From Octopus sinensis (lineage: Eukaryota): a stretch of DNA of 64,000 bases. The stretch's first letter is position 1. Each line of letters begins with the position of its first letter. The notes under the pieces are model-generated. The model saw only the letters and a program-made list of their open reading frames with translations, was not told the DNA's origin and ran no database searches. The stretch is from positions 5,890,001 to 5,954,000 of the forward strand of contig NC_042997.1 in the NCBI RefSeq assembly GCF_006345805.1, in the 5' to 3' direction. Both the position numbers and the translations under genes were made by a program. Below are positions 40,696-53,679 of this stretch, in pieces.

Positions 40696-42687
40696 GCACA
40701 ACAGCTTCCACAAGGACATGTGTTACATCAAAAATTCTTGGTTGGGGATGCAAATCCTCTCATTCGCGTACGACATAATGCGGCAGCAGCATAGAATTGA
40801 AGCGTCCATCTCTTTCTTCTCTCAATGTAGAATGAGGAAATTTGGATGTTGAAGTAATGTAAATAAATAAATACATATATAGACGTGAAGATGGAGGGGC
40901 GAGAATTCAGGACGAGGGATAAAAAATGTAAGTATAGACAAATATAAAAATGTAGAGTATAAAGATATAAAGGGACATAAGGAGATCTAAAGGGGGTATA
41001 AAGAATATAAAGAAATATAAAGAAATATAAATAAATGTAAAGGCATAAGGTTATAAAGTAAAAATAGAAATAGAAATAAAAGTAAAAAGTAAAAATATAA
41101 AAATAGGAATAAACATGATAAAAATGTAAAAAAATGTAAAAAAATATAAAAAAATATAAAGATAAGGGATGTATAGAGGTTACGGACCAAACATGGTGGT
41201 CAGGAGATTGATAAAATTTAGTTGTAGAAGTTTTGGGTGTCAATAAATCAACACTGTCGTCTGGGGACCTAATGTGTTGTAAATCAGAGCTGTTGAGCGT
41301 TTTATCTGGTTCTTTGAATTAATTGGTCATCTAGTACATAGATACCATCATGGATACATACACCCATATACACGCGTACATATACGCCTCCAAGCCTATA
41401 AGCATACACACGCACTCACGCGTAAACATGTACATAAACACACACACACCCACACGCACGCGCGTACATATACATACATACAACATAATATCCGCATGTA
41501 TACACGGACATTATACGTGTACACACCCATATGTACATACGTGCGCCCATCCTTACATACACATACGCATATGCCCACGCTTCCAGGTTTAGATATAATA
41601 TATTAAAGGATGTATATAAGAACGTATGTAAAGAATCACGCACTCACGTCTACACGTGCACGCACACACGGCTGTGTATCCATATGTGCTTGCACATATA
41701 CACTTACATACACACACAGAGACATACGCGCATATGGGTATAGCTATAAGATATTAAAAGATGTATACAAATAGGTGTAAACATATGGATATAAGAAAAC
41801 ATGTAAAAAAAGAAATACGGGGTATGTACATCCAGACGTAGATATTTACTCGTACATATGTACATATATGTATACGTATACATACGTACACGAACGCTCG
41901 TATAATCATAAAGTGGCTCCATAGGTAAGTAAATAAGGGATAAGCAAAAAAAATAGACATATATAGAGATATAAAGCGATAAGTTAGGGGTAAGAATGAG
42001 GGTAAGGGTAAAAATTAGAAATAAAAGTAAGAAATACAGTATAAAATAAGAAATACAATGTAAAAGTTAGAAATGAAATATAAAAATTATAAAAATTATA
42101 AGAGTTAAGATAAGGGATGAAAATAAAAATGAGAATAAATCGAAGTAGAATAAAAGTAAAAATAAAAGTAAAAATAAAAATAAAATAAAATAAAATAAAA
42201 TAAAAATATAATTTGGTAAAGTTTAACATGAGATGAAGGTGGTTGAAAGTTAGAGGTGTGTGTTAAAGGTGCCCAAGTAGGGCGGGGGGAACTGAAAATT
42301 GGAAGGGTGGGAAGTGGAGTTTGGCGGTGTGCGCTCAACATCCGAGTTAGAAATGTGAAAGGGTATAGATATAGGGAAATAAAGAGACTATATAGGAAGG
42401 ATATGGGTGTAGGAGAAGAAATATGTAGGGAAAAGAAGACATATATGGGAGACAAAATTTGTATATATAGGAGGAAAATGCAGGGAAACATATATGCACA
42501 TACACACACCCCCACACACACCCACACACGCACATATATATATATACATATACGTACACATATGTGCACATATATATATACGCACACATATACGCATATA
42601 CACGCACATATAGGAAAGCGGGATGTGCTGGAGCCGACAGGTTGCACCGGGTGGGAGGAAATTGCATGGGGGAGTTGGTATAATAAC

Positions 42688-43932
42688 CTAAGCTTTGTAG
42701 TATTTGAAAGTATTAATAAGTTTGTGTATACAGGATGGTTTGAACTCTGACCTTTTGTTAATAAGATTGTGTTTGTCTTTGAATTTCAAGATGTTCAGGA
42801 GTTCTACACAACATAGTTGGCATCCTGCTCTATTATTTAAATAAGGTGCAGCTGATCCGATGATGGACCACCTGAGTTTGAAGCCTATGCATTTGTCTTT
42901 TAATTCCCAAATTCTTTTAGAAAGGGAGGTGCTGTTAGCCTTATGTCTGTGTTTCAGCGAGGACCAGTGGTTGTAGTATCTGGATTTCCAGGAGGTTGAG
43001 CAACCTATGTAGGTGAGTGTGTTAAACTGGGTACTCACCTCACATGAATATATTACGTTTTTCGCCCTACATGCGCCCTGTAGCGGGCACTCTGATGCAC
43101 ATCTGCAGTTGCATTGCATTGCATTATTCGGTTGTGTGCTGCTAATCCCAGGCGGAGGTGTTGCAATACGAGTGGGGGCGTTGATATCCTCCTGGTTGTT
43201 GATGGGTGTAGTATTTCCTCTGTTGTGTTGGCGGGTGTTGTTACTAACTGTTTGGGTAGTATGGCTGCCAGTCTGGTTATATTGTCTACTATCTAGATGA
43301 GGGTGGTTCTGTTGGTCGCTATAGTTTGCTCTTGATCTAGCTGTTCTAATATTAATATAGTTATGTTTAGCTATGAAGAAGCTCATGTTGGGCAGGGTAG
43401 AGTAGGAAATCCTAATGGTTTTGTTGGAGAAGATACTTCTATACTTATGGGTGGGTGGGAAGTTGTTGGAAATGATAGAGAATATTCTCTTACATAACTT
43501 ACCCCTCACTGCTAAGTTGTAAGGTATGTTGAACCATATATATTTGCGTAATCTACTATTATCCCTTCTATTTCTCCTAATAGGATCTATATTGCTCTCG
43601 TCGGGAGGGTTACTATTGTGTGCTATTCTATTAGTTCGCCTATTTCCTATACGTTGTTTGGAGTTTAAATTAGAATTATCGCTGGTGTGAGTTGAGTGCT
43701 GAGTTCGATTATAATTGGGAGTTTTATGGCCGACGGACGCTCCCGGGTGGTCTACATATGATATTCTCTGGTTATACCCGGCACTATAGAGAGACTGGTT
43801 GTAGTGTTGTGCGTGATTATTGAAAATTTCTCTATTAGAGGATAGTTTTGTAAGTCTGTCTGAGATGGCTTGGACCGTGGTGCTAATTATACAGGGTGGA
43901 TGGTTGGAAGAGGTATGGATGTATTTGGTAGT
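42688..43932 (-). CDS. PLE polyprotein, 5'-truncated: RT C-terminal region, Cys-rich linker and GIY-YIG endonuclease (about 414 codons, no start)
   Basis: The frame is open upstream of the tracked GTG: TTKYIHTSSNHPPCII...SAGY...IWFNIPYNL...IRISYSTLPN...CNCRCASECPLQGAC...VIYSC...YIGCST.WKSRYYNH...CQLC..E...NLINKRSE. Confidence 0.9.
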   Translation of the reverse strand, partial: TTKYIHTSSNHPPCIISTTVQAISDRLTKLSSNREIFNNHAQHYNQSLYSAGYNQRISYVDHPGASVGHKTPNYNRTQHSTHTSDNSNLNSKQRIGNRRTNRIAHNSNPPDESNIDPIRRNRRDNSRLRKYIWFNIPYNLAVRGKLCKRIFSIISNNFPPTHKYRSIFSNKTIRISYSTLPNMSFFIAKHNYINIRTARSRANYSDQQNHPHLDSRQYNQTGSHTTQTVSNNTRQHNRGNTTPINNQEDINAPTRIATPPPGISSTQPNNAMQCNCRCASECPLQGACRAKNVIYSCEVSTQFNTLTYIGCSTSWKSRYYNHWSSLKHRHKANSTSLSKRIWELKDKCIGFKLRWSIIGSAAPYLNNRAGCQLCCVELLNILKFKDKHNLINKRSEFKPSCIHKLINTFKYYKA

Positions 43933-44125
43933 TTCTTCACGTCTATATATGTATTTATTTACATTACTTCAACATCCAAATTTCCTCATTCTACATTGAG
44001 AGAAGAAAGAGATGGATGCTTCAATTCTATGCTGCTGCCGCATTATGCCGTACGCGAATGAGAGGATTTGCATCCCCAACCAAGAATTTTTGATGTAACA
44101 CATGTCCTTGTGGAAGCTGTTGTGC

Positions 44126-44203
44126 GCGGCTGAAGAAGGCCACAGACATACATTATGCATTGTTATAAATCTGTCTAATAAAGGCCCGAAACATATGTAC
44201 CGC
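44126..44203 (+). ncRNA. Type I hammerhead ribozyme in the inverted 5' pLTR copy (antisense to the PLE ORF)
   Basis: GCGG 44126-44129, CTGAAGA 44130-44136, GGCC 44138-44141 pairing with 44183-44186, GAAAC 44188-44192, GTA 44197-44199, CCGC 44200-44203. Confidence 0.8.
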
Positions 44204-44392
44204 TGAATCCTTCGCATCATGTTTATATATATATAGATAGATAGATATAGATAGATAGATAGATAGATGCCAACGTCGGCAACACAGTTTTCCAATGAAT
44301 AAGGAACACATGCACCCACACACACACACAATACGCACATATACACGCACAAGCTGTCTCATATCTATATATATGTGTGTTTATATATACAT

Positions 44393-44432
<40 letters not shown>

Positions 44433-44457
44433 TATATATAATATGTATATATATATA

Positions 44458-44501
<44 letters not shown>

Positions 44502-44579
44502 TGTGTGTGTGTGTGTGTTTGTGTTAGTGTGTGTTGATGCAGATATCTAAACATATGTGTGTGTGTGTGACCATATATA

Positions 44580-44915
44580 TAAAAACGTTCCAGGACTAGT
44601 TCTGAAGCGCGCCACCATTTGGAAGTGTACAGTTTCGTGCGTAGTGGGAGTTAGCAGGGGCATCCACGTGGCGGTGCGCCGAGTGACATCAACGTGTTTA
44701 CTTCGCAATTTCAGAAAGTGGGTTTTGTGTGATTTTCTATACGCTGTAATCTGCGATTTTGTCAGAGGCAGGAAGTTGGAACTAAGAACCAACTTGAAAC
44801 ATTTTGCGTCCAAGTTGATAAGTCTGCTAAACAGAAATTGAACAATCTACGGCAAGATTACGGCGATAAAGTAATTGGGTGTACTCAATATTTCGAGTGG
44901 CACGGGCGCATACGA
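44580..44915 (+). mobile_element. Mariner 5' fragment
   Basis: aaaaacgttccaggact TIR-like start. Frameshifted ELRTNLKHF..KL..SAK..LNNLRQDYGDKVIGCTQYFEWHGR resembles the mariner N-terminal HTH. Confidence 0.7.
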
Positions 44916-45874
44916 GTTATCAAACGATTCACTAATCGTTTGTTCACCAAATACTAGAAAAACCTCGTAAACAACGTTCAGCGGCACAATTTTGATGTCA
45001 TTTTGGGGCAATATTTCGCTTTATTTCATTTTCCTCCAATGTGTCACGCATGCGTAAATTTCTACTGAAAAAAGCTCACGTAAAAAATATCGAACCACCT
45101 CCACAAACCCAAAGTGCTACAAGCAACACCTACACGACATTATTTCTGTAGGAACTTCCAAGCTTTGCAAAAAGCTAAAACATTCCGAGTTTTTATCTGC
45201 TTGAAATCGGGGAAAATATTGGTGGTGGATTCTGGGGAAGAATATTTGAGTGTTTATTTCAGAAAAAATTTATAAGTTAAAATTTTCTAACAGATTCGCC
45301 GTGATCTTTGAATTTGACTACGTGTATTACAAAAACCAAAACAAGAAAAAAAATTGGAAGAAATTCAAAATTAAGCAATTGGGGTGGGGAGGGGGGTAAT
45401 TTGAAATTTTGAAAGCGTGATTTATCGGTAAAATCGTAATTCCCTATACTGAAAGCATAAGAATCCGAACAAATTTTGGAGAAAAATATGGGAGAGAGAA
45501 CACCTCCGACATACAAGAAACAACGTTTTCTGAAATAAAATAATGTTATAGTTTATATCGAAGTTCAGTATTTTCAAAACGCTCATCACAAACACGAATT
45601 TAAAAATAGGTCATTTCCACTGGAGTTGATCTGTAATTTTCTGCGTGCATACAGCCACAAATATTGTAATTGTTACTAAAGTTTCACCTACAGCGTATAT
45701 GTGTGTTTGTGCGCGCAAAAGAAGTTATATTTACAAGGTTTTCTTCATTCCAAATGAAGACAAACTTGAACAATACTTTCTAATTCGTACTCCAAGCATG
45801 ACTGCTAAGCCACTAACAACTATAAAGGGGTGATCGCACCATGCAAAGATTTATGAAAATGTGCACATACATAT

Positions 45875-45880
45875 TTTATT
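45875..45880 (-). terminator. Candidate polyadenylation signal AATAAA for the minus-strand gene
   Basis: About 245 nt downstream of the TGA at 46124-46126, followed by U/GU-rich sequence. Confidence 0.3.
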
Positions 45881-46123
45881 AAAATAAGCAACAACCAAAA
45901 AAATAATTTTAAAATGCCTATTTCTCTATATGTTATGAGGAAATACACGCAGGTGGGGGCTTCTTCTGAAGGTATACTGTTTTGGGATGGTAAATATGTC
46001 TAAATAAGTTTACCTTGAATTTGGCAGGCAACGCCTTCCACTGCACTTCACTGTTTCTGCTGACAGAGTGGCATTATCTCCCTCTTTCAACTTCTCATTA
46101 AAATGTATGGAGACACTATGTTG

Positions 46124-46171
46124 TCAAAAATAGGTGACATCTTCACTACCACCATCGATATATGTATAAAC
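46124..46171 (-). CDS. Candidate terminal coding exon (VYTYIDGGSEDVTYF-stop)
   Basis: Acceptor aattaattccAG. Phase 0 matches the upstream phase-0 exons. Ends in a T-x-F PDZ-ligand-like C-terminus. Confidence 0.4.
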   Translation of the reverse strand, partial: VYTYIDGGSEDVTYF

Positions 46172-46790
46172 CTGGAATTAATTTCATTTTTTACACACCT
46201 TGCTATCAGTTATATAGATAATTACAAACATTGACTGTAAAGAAGATTTATTTCAATACCTTATATATGTGTATACATCTTCATGCACGTTTCCCGAGCA
46301 TATCAACCCTACAGATACGCGCATATACTTCTCGACAGCTTCACAAACAGTGATGACATTTTTTTTTTCTTGGTAATCCAGTGGAGAACAACAGAAAATA
46401 TGAGCCTTTGAGAATTTTTCTTTATTTTTTTATTAAAGGAACAGTAAAATCACCTACCCAAACATCGACCCATTACCTCACCACTTTCAAAAAGCTACAA
46501 ACTCACAAAATTTCACTTTTAGGTCTTTTGGAAAGCGGAAATTTTCTTCAGGATTAATGTCGTTTACCTGTTATTTCTAGCATGTCGGGTTTTCTGGTGG
46601 TGGGCTTATATATCTTACAGCTGCTATTTCAATTCAATTCTAAGCACGGGTGAAATATCAGACGACAGTGAAACATTGAGAGTTTGTAGACGATTCTGCC
46701 CACAAGAAATGAACGAATAATATAATCTGGCGGTAGGTAGACCTTGGCAACGCCGGGATACATTGCTAGTGTGTATGTATGTATATATAT

Positions 46791-46852
<62 letters not shown>

Positions 46853-47829
46853 ATATATATACATATGTATATGTATGTATATATATATATATACATGCGC
46901 AGAGTTCAGTCTCACTATGTGTATATGTATATACTTAAACATTCATAAGCATGACAAATTATGTAAATATCTATTCTCAGATGGTTATAGATAAACATAC
47001 GTCCAAGTCACTGTGCACACATATAATGCTGCTGAATAAATGCCTAATTAATATCACGTGAGAATGGATTACTGCACAGCCAGGGAATTCTCGTGGAATA
47101 GAAATCGTCGTGTCGCATGCCCATCGACACAATGTCGCGTAACACATATTATAGCCGAACCGATTTTAACACTTATATTAATGAAGAATAAAAATAAAAC
47201 GAAAAGAAAAGATAGCTGTTATATTAACGTAGACAATATACATATTTACTTATATTTATTTATTATTTCATATATATGTGGGTGTGCTTGTGTGCAAATT
47301 TCATACAAGATTCGAGGCGTATCTGACCCAGTACCCGAGATTTTCTTGCTGTGCACTTTTCAAGCAAACTTGAGAACTGACCTTTTTTTTTGCTTATTCT
47401 TTCTGCAGAGAATATATAATACCCTCTGGTAGGTTCGAGGAATGGAGTGATATTGAGGAATGAAGTGCTTTATAAAATATCAAATGCAAATTTTCACTTT
47501 TGAGAATATATATGAAGGAAGTATACCAGCAGAAAACAAATAGATGCATTTTCTCTTTAATCTTATAACTGTGACTGGCCTTAGTCTATGAAAATGCTCG
47601 GGCACCGCTTAAAAGAGTTTTAGACGAAGGTAACTATCACAGTTCTTTTATAAATCCTAGTATTTATTCGATAGTTCATATTTCGACAAGCTTCTAAGTT
47701 TCGGAAAACACCAAACGGCGGTTGACAAACAAAACTGGAGACAATCACAGACGCTGACAGACGCATATACTCAAATAAACTCACGTACACAAATACACAT
47801 AAATACAGGCATACACACACGCGCGCGCG

Positions 47830-47960
47830 CGACGGGCTTCTTTTAGTTTCTGGCCACCAAATTCAGTAACAAGATTTTGGTGTGTCTGAGGCTATAGTAG
47901 AAGACACTTGCTGAAGTTTCCACGTAGTGGAACTGAACCTGGAATCAAGAAGCAAACACA
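47830..47960 (-). mobile_element. SINE 5' fragment (family of 54940-55373)
   Basis: cgacgggcttctttt...gaggctatagtagaagacacttg...actgaacctggaa. Confidence 0.75.
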
Positions 47961-48355
47961 ACAACGTTTGAGACTTGTGTGTATCTCATATACACACAAT
48001 AAAAATGTTTGATATTTTATATTTGTATGTACGTTCACACACACTCACACACACACACATATAGATACATGCATATATATATATATATATATATTGAGCT
48101 AAGCCACACACACGCTCATATACACACATGCACACACACATAGACGCGTGTGTATTATTAGAAATCTTCTTCCTCCGTCTTCCCTTCCTTGGACCTTTCC
48201 TATTTCTTTGTTTCTTACGACAAGCTCCACTCAAAACGTTAAATCCTCCTTTCTTTCTTTCCTTTCCTGAGCGTCGAATTACACTATACGTGTTCCGCAT
48301 CCTCGCGTTGTTGTGCTTTCTCTCTTTGTTTTCATGTTTGGATTAACTATATATA

Positions 48356-48451
<96 letters not shown>

Positions 48452-48479
48452 TACGTATATAAGTACATATATACATATA

Positions 48480-49030
48480 CGTATATACATATATACATAT
48501 AAAACAAAATATAGAATGAGATAAAAATCCAAGGCTATGAAAGGTTTTAGAACATTTATAAATAGGTCTTACAGCTGTTTCCGGGATATTTTATATATCC
48601 CTTCATCGGAGACGGTGTGAGGATATAGTTAAGCAATAGTTATTTTAGATAAGATATGAACTAGAGAGTGAAGTCGAGGAATGAAATTAGACGTGAGATA
48701 CGCAAGGATATTGTATCTGTAGATCAATTATTTAGGCAGAATAGTATACATATAAAATTCCAGTATCTTGTGAGTTAGTTCGAGTAGTATTAAAAATTGG
48801 TCATTCCAAGTATAGAGTTTGTACACGATATTATTGAATCGAGGGCATTATTTAATCCTATTCTGTTATCTCTTTCTTTTAATCTTATTATTTTCTGTCA
48901 TTCTGTTCATTTTTCTGTATATACACATGCTGATATATGACATATGTTGGACTCCTCATTCACATAATCACCGAACCTGGAGTTCGACTATAGTCTGTCA
49001 ATAGCACTTACTCAGCCTTACCTGACACCT
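48480..49030 (-). mobile_element. Penelope-like terminal-repeat remnant
   Basis: Carries the hammerhead at 48566-48613 and shares ggtttt...acagctgtttc with the 15120-15150 PLE remnant. Confidence 0.5.
48566..48613 (-). ncRNA. Hammerhead ribozyme variant in a PLE remnant
   Basis: GUCU-CCGAUGA-A-GGGAUAU-auaaa-AUAUCCC-G-GAAAC-AGCU-GUA-AGAC. All three stems can form and the core has a U4C change. Confidence 0.7.
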
Positions 49031-49048
49031 TTGAGTCTTACCTCTCAT

Positions 49049-49091
<43 letters not shown>

Positions 49092-50982
49092 GTCTATATA
49101 TATATAGTGAAATGCATAGCTGTAGTCATTTGTGTAACATTTACATTTTTTGGTATGTTATTAACTAATATTTTCAGTCAAACCCACCTCCTTTTATGAT
49201 GGAGATATTAAAGTCTACTTATAAATTACGTGACGCTGTAAACCTAATTTTTAACAAAAAATTCCAGGTACAATTTGAAATAATAATTGTTAGTATTCAT
49301 AAGAATTTGGAATTTCACGCGTTTTCAGTCAGAATTTCTACATTATTGCTGCTTAAAATCTATCAATCGATCAATCAACCATCAATTAATTATCAGTCAA
49401 TCATCACAAGAGGTTTCCATATGAAATGTATAGGTCAAGCGTGTAATAAACACAAAAGGTATACAAGCCGTTATATGTGACAATACGTCACTAATATCCG
49501 AGACAATGGTGCACAAATGCAATCAAAGATATTTGGCGAAGAAAAATGATAGTTTTAGATAGATCTTTACTCTTGGATCTGTTATTCAAACATTGGCTGA
49601 TGCAAATTGGTGTATTACCCAAATGGCTCTTGCAATGATGAATACATAGAAATTATTATCAACACATAAATATAAAGCATTAATATGCCCAATCTGGAGA
49701 CGATGAGGCATTGAAGGAGGAAAATGCAAATTATATAGCTGTAAACCGACTTTTAAGAGAACAGAAATATCGACAATATGACATCAGAATGGAAGTGATG
49801 GAACGGTGGAGAATCTACACGGAGGAAGAATTCTGCCACTCCTTCTGAAGTGAACATTCAGTGTTTCAACCCCCTTGCTCATAATTCACTTCCTTGTGTT
49901 AGTATTAGTTGATGCTTGTTCATTATTGCGCCAATTTACGTATACGCATTATTACACAAATATTAGCTGAATTTTTTAAACAGTTATTAAGATCTATATG
50001 TTAATGTATTTTGTCTTCGCCAAATATATTTCTGGCTATTCTCTAAAGGGAATATATATATATATATAATTTTTTCCAAGGCAGCAAATTTATAAGGAGG
50101 GGACTTAGTTATATCTACCCCAACACTCAAATGGTACATACATATTTCAGGGACTCCAAAAGGTTGAGATACAAAGTCAACATCGATGGCAGTTGAAATC
50201 AGAACAAAATGACGGATGAAATAATGCTAAGCATATTATTTTGTCCGTACTTTCCCAGTTTGTGTCTTTTTATATGTATATAAAAATACACATGTATATC
50301 TAAAGAACATATACATACACGTACATTTTCATGAGACCGGCTCCTGCACAGCCTCCATATAATATTCTGACTAGACACATCTCATCATATAGAAATAGTA
50401 TTTCTTAAAAACATTTTTTTGTATGGGATTTTAGTCTCCATAATTTACGTTATTAACCCAACTATCGTCCTGAATACCATGCACGATGAAGTTAATCGTT
50501 AATAGGCTTACAAAATTTCCAACGCATGCTGCATTTTTTTAAAAAGCACTTAAGTTTGTCAAGACTCATTTCGTTTAATATCGATCAATAGAAAAAGGAC
50601 GTCGTCTACATATTACGACAGGTGTCTGAAGTAATCTAAATGTAGAAGAATGAAAAATTGGTTCCTATAGTTCTTACGGTTTCTAGATATATTATTTCTT
50701 CCTTGAATGCTTGAGTGACGGCAAAAATGTTCCTGCAAGTCTATAATTTGTATAGTAGAAGAAATGATATTCAAAACAAATATTCAGAAAAAAATTCGTA
50801 CACTCGCACGTACTCTCACACTTATATATACACACATTCACTTAAATGTACGTGTAAGTGTACATGAATTTAACTAAACACACACGCGCACACACACACA
50901 ACTTTCAACCAATATAGGCTCAGACCATATATATAGATTTATGTATATGTATATCAGTCTATCAATCTATGGATCGATATAT

Positions 50983-51031
<49 letters not shown>

Positions 51032-51189
51032 ATATATAATATAATAGATATATATCTATATGTATGTATACATATATAATGTACGTATGTATGGATGTAT
51101 GTATATATATATATAATATATATATATATAGATACATACATACGTACACGCACATATATTGCATACGTATGTACGTATATATTTATACG

Positions 51190-51315
51190 TGTGTGAGTTC
51201 GACGAGGTCGACTTTGCCTTTTATCTTTTTGAGGTCGATAAATTTAGTACCATTTGCGTAGTAATTGCCTGGCCCTCTCCCCCGAAATTTCTGGCCTTGT
51301 GCCTACAGTAGAAAT
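51190..51315 (+). mobile_element. Nin/Deu-domain-like SINE 3' part
   Basis: gaggtcgactttgccttttatctttttgaggtcgataaatttagtacc...ggccttgtgcctacagtagaaa. Confidence 0.8.
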
Positions 51316-52412
51316 GAATATATGTGTGTGTTTATGTCCGTGTGTACATGCGCGGCGCGTGTATATAATATATGTGTTCTGTTTATGTTTGTGTGTGTGC
51401 CATATGTCTGTGTGAGTGTATTTATTTTCATATGCTGATGTTTGGAATCAAAGTCTTGCTTAACACGATTTAATTGTTTACTTGAAGCACCTGACACTAG
51501 ATACATCTCGCTATATAAATTCAAGTAATTTCAATGAGAAGTTCCGGCACTTCTTTATGTATTTTGCTTATTCTCTTTCAATTCATGTGTGATACGTGAT
51601 AACTGGTCGTGTTCAGTGATTTGTAAGAGTTGCAGATACGTATTACTCTAAACATAAAGAAACATATTATATATCTATATTGAAGGCCAAACCTTTTGCT
51701 TCTTTTGTAATATGCAAAGGGGGATTACACAATCAGAAACACAACGAGCAATATTTCTTCGAATAAACTTTAATGTTTACAAAACGAAACTGATTGGAGA
51801 GATTAAAATATGCCACAATACAAACTGCTAAGATTAAAATGTATCAAAAGTGTATCATAATCACAGAAGGTTCTTTTCAAACACTGCAGAAATAATAAAT
51901 AATCTAGAAGCTTAGAAGTGTTAACTATCCTGAGAAATGTGTATTAATACATGAGATCAAAAATGACGTCAACAAACAAGATTGCTGAAATCATTGAGAA
52001 AACTAAATTGTATTTATATTTATAAGTAACCAGATTAAAGCTGCATATTTATCTGGAGTAGAAAGTTAGATTCTGTATAAGTGTCTGATGTTAATACATA
52101 AATAATGGACTGTGTCAGATTCCAATGGTGTTACATTCTCTCCCCGTTTTCACACACAAGAGCGTTACTTCACACATACAATGCATAAACACATTTCACA
52201 GTCAGTCTTTACAAATACATAAGTGTATATATATATATATGCATATATTTATATATTTATATATATATATATATATATATATGCATATGTACTATATGTA
52301 CAAATATATATATATATATATATTCACACACACACGCACATATATATATATATATATACACAATATAAGATATATATATATATTATATATATGCATATGT
52401 AAATATGTACAA

Positions 52413-52449
<37 letters not shown>

Positions 52450-52685
52450 ATATATATACATAATATATATATGTGGTGTGTATCAAAATGAATATATAAA
52501 CACACTACACGTATCTGTGTGTGTGGCATACAAAACAATTTCTTAATCTTATAAATTTATATTTCATTATATTACATTGGAATTTCTTCTATATTCATAA
52601 TTTCTCATTGCTTCCCAGTCTGAATTAGCTGGTGATATTACATTACAGCATACGGATGTTACACCCACATCCATCATCCATAATC

Positions 52686-52720
<35 letters not shown>

Positions 52721-52857
52721 TGTGTGTGTGTGTGTGTGGTGTGTGTGTGTGTGTATGTGTGTGTGGTGTGTGTTTGCTGTGTGTGCATGTGTTTGTGTGT
52801 GGGTGTGCATTCTTATCGAAATGACTGCATAGTTTTCCATATGTATATATATATATA

Positions 52858-52896
<39 letters not shown>

Positions 52897-53319
52897 CGTA
52901 TTTATGTGTGCGCGCGTGTACATACGTATGTAAATCTGTACGTTTGTGTTTATACGTAATGTGTGTCTGTTCATATAAGCAAAAATGAGCCTAGGAAAAT
53001 AACTCTCAATGTTTACCAAAGAGAAATACTGTTACAACAAATACATAAAAGCTCAATTTATTACAGTTACCTCCATGTCTAGATGTGGCATAATTACAAA
53101 CAGGAAATGAACATCAACTCCAAATGAGATATTCAGATCATCCGGAAAAAATAGAAAATAATCTAGATCGTTACGAAAAGGACCGTCTTAATGATTATAT
53201 TCTGGAGATATGCAAAGAAAGAAACAAAAAGTAAACGGTCATTAAATGTATCACAATCGGCGTCATCATCACAAGCGTTGTATCGTATTTCTTATTTTTT
53301 TATTGCCCACAAGGGGCTA

Positions 53320-53520
53320 AACATAGAGGGGAGAAACTTGGATAGACAAAAGGATCAAGTCGATTACGTCGACCACAGTGCGTAACTGGTGCTTAATTTA
53401 TCAACCTGGAAAGGATGAAAGGCAAAGTCGGCCTCGTCTGAATTTGAACTCAGAACGTAAAGACACAAAATATCGCTAAGCATTTCACCCGCTGTGCTAA
53501 CGTCCCTGCAATCTCGCCAC
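53320..53520 (-). mobile_element. Nin/Deu-domain-like tRNA SINE
   Basis: ctggtgcttaatttatcaacctggaaaggatgaaaggcaaagtcggcctcg...tttgaactcagaacgtaaagac. Confidence 0.8.
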
Positions 53521-53679
53521 TATTCGTCTCTAAGAGACTAAGACAAATACAAGATTATAGAACACATTAACGCTACAGATCATTTGCATAATTTTAAGAA
53601 TACGGAGATGTATGAATCAGCTCAGAAAGACAAAAATCATGTATTTTGATTTATTTTGATTTATTAAACTTATGTATAC

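Larger units (their letters stand above)
40597..44224 (-). mobile_element. Young 5'-truncated Penelope-like retroelement (Neptune-type linker) with inverted pseudo-LTR
   Basis: 40597-40891 and 43934-44224 are inverted copies differing by 3 substitutions and one 4-bp indel (manual comparison). Internal uninterrupted RT-C-terminus plus GIY-YIG frame and a hammerhead in each repeat. Confidence 0.92.

Noticed and set aside
46014-46171. 158-nt internal exon with an in-frame TGA read as selenocysteine
   Set aside because: There is a downstream donor-like CAAG|GTAAAC, but no Cys/Sec redox motif and no SECIS that I can identify. A genuine stop in a terminal exon is simpler.
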